DNA of 37,189 nucleotides from an uncultured Bacilli bacterium (GTDB lineage Bacteria; Bacillota_I; Bacilli_A; RF39; UBA660): NCBI GenBank assembly GCA_947624475.1, contig CANQKK010000001.1, positions 1 to 37,189 of the forward strand, read 5' to 3'. Shown piece by piece: positions 34,802 to 37,189 of this stretch (position 1 is its first letter; each line of letters starts with the position of its first letter). The notes under the pieces were generated by a model. It saw only the letters and a program-made list of their open reading frames with translations, ran no database searches and was not told where the DNA came from. The position numbers and the translations under genes were made by a program.

Positions 34802-37189
34802 ATGCTTAAAGTATTTAAAAAAATGTTTGATACCGAATACAAAGAATTGAATAGATTTAAAAATATCGCTGATAAAATAGATGAATTAGATAGTGAATTT
34901 AGTAAACTAAGTGATAAAAAACTAGCTAGTTACACCGATAAATTTAAAAAGAGATTAGAAGAAGGAGAAACGCTAGAGGATATTCTTGTTGAGGCTTTTG
35001 CTGTAGCAAGGGAAGCAGCTTATAGATGTACTGGTATGAAGCCTTTTTATTGCCAGTTATTGGGTGGCCTTGCTATTCATTATGGAAATATAGCAGAGAT
35101 GAAAACTGGTGAAGGTAAAACTTTGACTTGTACTCTTCCAGCATATTTGAACGCTCTTACAGGAGAGGGAGTACATATTGTTACTGTAAATGAATTTCTT
35201 TCTACTAGAGATTCGGAATGGATGGGAAGTATTTTTAGATTTTTAGGATTGACTGTGGGGCTTAATCTTAGGGAACTTTCTCCTAAGGAGAAAAGAGAAG
35301 CATATAACTGTGATATTTTATATAGTACTAATAATGAACTTGGCTTTGATTATCTTAGGGATAATATGGTTACCAAAAGGGAAAATAGAGTTCAAAGACC
35401 ACTTAATTTCTGTATTGTCGATGAAGTTGACTCGATATTAATCGATGAGGCAAGAACTCCTCTCATTATATCTGGCGGGGTTATGCAATCTGCTAATTTG
35501 TATATTGATGCCGACAGATTTGTAAAAGGATTAACTGAAAATGAAGATTATATAATGGACGAGAAAACAAAGGCCGTTAGTCTTACTGATGAAGGTAGTA
35601 GAAAAGCTGAAGAGAAATTTCATTTGGATAATTTATATGATATTTCGAATACAGCATTAGTGCATCATATTAATCAGTCTCTTAAGGCTAATTATGCGAT
35701 GAGTAGAGATATTGACTATGTCGTACAAGATGGAGAAGTTATAATAGTAGATCAGTTTACTGGTAGACTTATGAAAGGAAGAGCTTTTTCAGAGGGCTTA
35801 CATCAAGCTATTGAAGCGAAAGAAGGAGTTAAAATTCAACAAGAGACAAAGACGCTTGCTACTATTACTTTCCAGAATTACTTTAGAATGTATAAAAAAC
35901 TTTCTGGTATGACTGGTACGGCTAAAACTGAGGAAGAGGAATTTAGAAATATATATAATATGTTTGTTATTCAAATTCCTACTAATAAACCTGTAATAAG
36001 AGAGGATGCAACAGATTTATTGTATCCTGATAAGAAAGGTAAATATTCCGCTATTGTAAAGGAAATAGAGAGAAGACATAACGAAGGGCAACCTGTCCTT
36101 GTTGGTACTATAGCTATTGAAACATCGGAACTTATAAGTAAAATGCTCCTTAAGAAGAAGATACCTCACGAAGTGTTAAATGCTAAAAACCATGCCCGGG
36201 AAGCAGAAATTATTGCTCATGCTGGTGAAAGAGGTGCTGTTACCATAGCAACTAATATGGCTGGTCGTGGTACTGATATTAAACTTGGTGAAGGTGTAAA
36301 AGAATTGGGCGGTCTATGTGTTATTGGTACAGAAAGACATGAATCAAGAAGAATAGATAATCAGCTTAGAGGTCGTTCCGGTAGACAGGGAGATCCTGGA
36401 TATACGCAATTTTATGTTTCTTTTGAAGATGAATTAATGGTAAGATTTGGCTCTGATAAGTATAGAGGAATGCTTGCTAATCTAGGATTTACTGGTGAGC
36501 AGGCTATTCAAAATAAGATATTTTCTAAAACAGTGGAATCTGCTCAAACTAAGGTTGAAGGTAATAATTTTGATATAAGAAAACAACTTCTTAACTATGA
36601 TGATGTTATGAGTAATCAAAGAGAAATTATCTATGGTAAAAGAAATGAAATACTTGATAATGAATCTATCCATGATACTATTTTAAATAGCTTTAAGAAC
36701 TATATAAGTGATATCGTTAATTCTCATTTGATAGAAAGTAATAAGTTAAGAGAAAATGATTATAGTGAAATACTTGAAGCAAGTAATGAAAATTTACTTA
36801 AAAAATATCGTATTAATTTGTCGGAAATTAATGGTAAATCTGCCGAAGAGGTTATAGATACTATATATGATAATGCTATAAAGGATTACGATGAAAAATT
36901 TGTTGATATTCCAGAAGAAATTAGAAATGAATTTGAAAAAGTTATTTCACTTAGAGTTTTAGATAATCACTGGATGGAACATATTAGTACAATGAGCCAT
37001 TTAAGGGATGGTATTGGTCTTAGAGGATATGCTAATACTAGCCCACTTCAGGCTTATACAATGGAAGGTTATCAGCTATTTGATGATATGCTTGCTAGAA
37101 TTAATAAAGATATCAGTATCTATTTACTAAAAGCCGAAATTAGGCAAAATATGGAAAGAAAACAAGTGGTAAAAAATACTGTTACTAAT
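34802..37189 (+). CDS. secA: Preprotein translocase ATPase SecA; 796 codons are present and the 3' end lies outside the window
   Basis: Hand translation from the ATG at 34802 (SD GTAGGAGATG) gives [19 protein letters not shown]...[22 protein letters not shown] (Walker A). It also shows [21 protein letters not shown] (DEAD-like), [14 protein letters not shown] and [13 protein letters not shown]. It is missing from the ORF track because it is open-ended. Confidence 0.95.
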   Translation, partial: MLKVFKKMFDTEYKELNRFKNIADKIDELDSEFSKLSDKKLASYTDKFKKRLEEGETLEDILVEAFAVAREAAYRCTGMKPFYCQLLGGLAIHYGNIAEMKTGEGKTLTCTLPAYLNALTGEGVHIVTVNEFLSTRDSEWMGSIFRFLGLTVGLNLRELSPKEKREAYNCDILYSTNNELGFDYLRDNMVTKRENRVQRPLNFCIVDEVDSILIDEARTPLIISGGVMQSANLYIDADRFVKGLTENEDYIMDEKTKAVSLTDEGSRKAEEKFHLDNLYDISNTALVHHINQSLKANYAMSRDIDYVVQDGEVIIVDQFTGRLMKGRAFSEGLHQAIEAKEGVKIQQETKTLATITFQNYFRMYKKLSGMTGTAKTEEEEFRNIYNMFVIQIPTNKPVIREDATDLLYPDKKGKYSAIVKEIERRHNEGQPVLVGTIAIETSELISKMLLKKKIPHEVLNAKNHAREAEIIAHAGERGAVTIATNMAGRGTDIKLGEGVKELGGLCVIGTERHESRRIDNQLRGRSGRQGDPGYTQFYVSFEDELMVRFGSDKYRGMLANLGFTGEQAIQNKIFSKTVESAQTKVEGNNFDIRKQLLNYDDVMSNQREIIYGKRNEILDNESIHDTILNSFKNYISDIVNSHLIESNKLRENDYSEILEASNENLLKKYRINLSEINGKSAEEVIDTIYDNAIKDYDEKFVDIPEEIRNEFEKVISLRVLDNHWMEHISTMSHLRDGIGLRGYANTSPLQAYTMEGYQLFDDMLARINKDISIYLLKAEIRQNMERKQVVKNTVTN

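Noticed and set aside
30865-36673. Nested ORFs at 30865-31074, 33064-33264, 33408-33731, 34096-34296 and 36482-36673.
   Set aside because: They are antisense to prsA, the nucleotidyltransferase gene, hpf and secA respectively. They are shadow ORFs.
1-37189. Mollicutes-type genetic code (TGA = Trp), suggested by the very low GC content.
   Set aside because: Long conserved genes (dnaE, valS, secA) are uninterrupted under the standard code. TGA terminates dnaI at the expected length, and Trp positions in conserved motifs are TGG.
1-37189. CRISPR arrays, IS elements/transposases, integrases, and tRNA or rRNA genes.
   Set aside because: I noticed no regularly spaced direct repeats, no transposase or integrase motifs in any long ORF, and no GC-rich cloverleaf-like or rRNA-like segments. 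A covariance-model scan would still be needed to exclude small RNAs.

Overview
A low-GC (roughly 28-30%) Bacillota-type chromosomal segment that uses the standard code: TGA is a stop (dnaI ends AAG TGA) and Trp is TGG. It is centred on an origin-proximal style locus. The left arm (1-4367, all minus strand) is the conserved rpmH-rnpA-yidC-jag-mnmE-(serine hydrolase)-mnmG operon. Every gene from 4713 to about 30.7 kb is on the plus strand: parA-parB, csp, a CPBP protease, Bacillus-type dnaB and dnaI, a small tail-anchored protein, dnaE, gmk, an HD-like protein, valS, TM2/DUF2752/DUF421 membrane proteins, an approximately 7.3 kb surface metalloprotease locus, a polysaccharide deacetylase, rmuC and two small unknowns. 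These are followed by prsA-like (minus), two tiny YjcZ-like peptides, a broken HIT gene (minus), a sugar nucleotidyltransferase, hpf and the 5' 2.4 kb of secA. dnaA and dnaN are absent from their expected place beside rpmH. No rRNA, tRNA, CRISPR or IS/transposase was recognised. The most unusual element is a giant (approximately 2450 aa if repaired) M26/GLUG-type zinc metalloprotease. It is split by a frameshift, and its N-terminus combines a cohesin-like module, a two-helix membrane hairpin and dockerin-like Ca-loop repeats, followed by a four-fold alternating two-module array. Three gene lesions occur in this window: the zmp frameshift, an in-frame TAA in HIT, and a sigma-factor stub with a poly-A frameshift. 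They suggest either gene decay or homopolymer assembly errors. All calls come from reading motifs by eye; no database search was possible.
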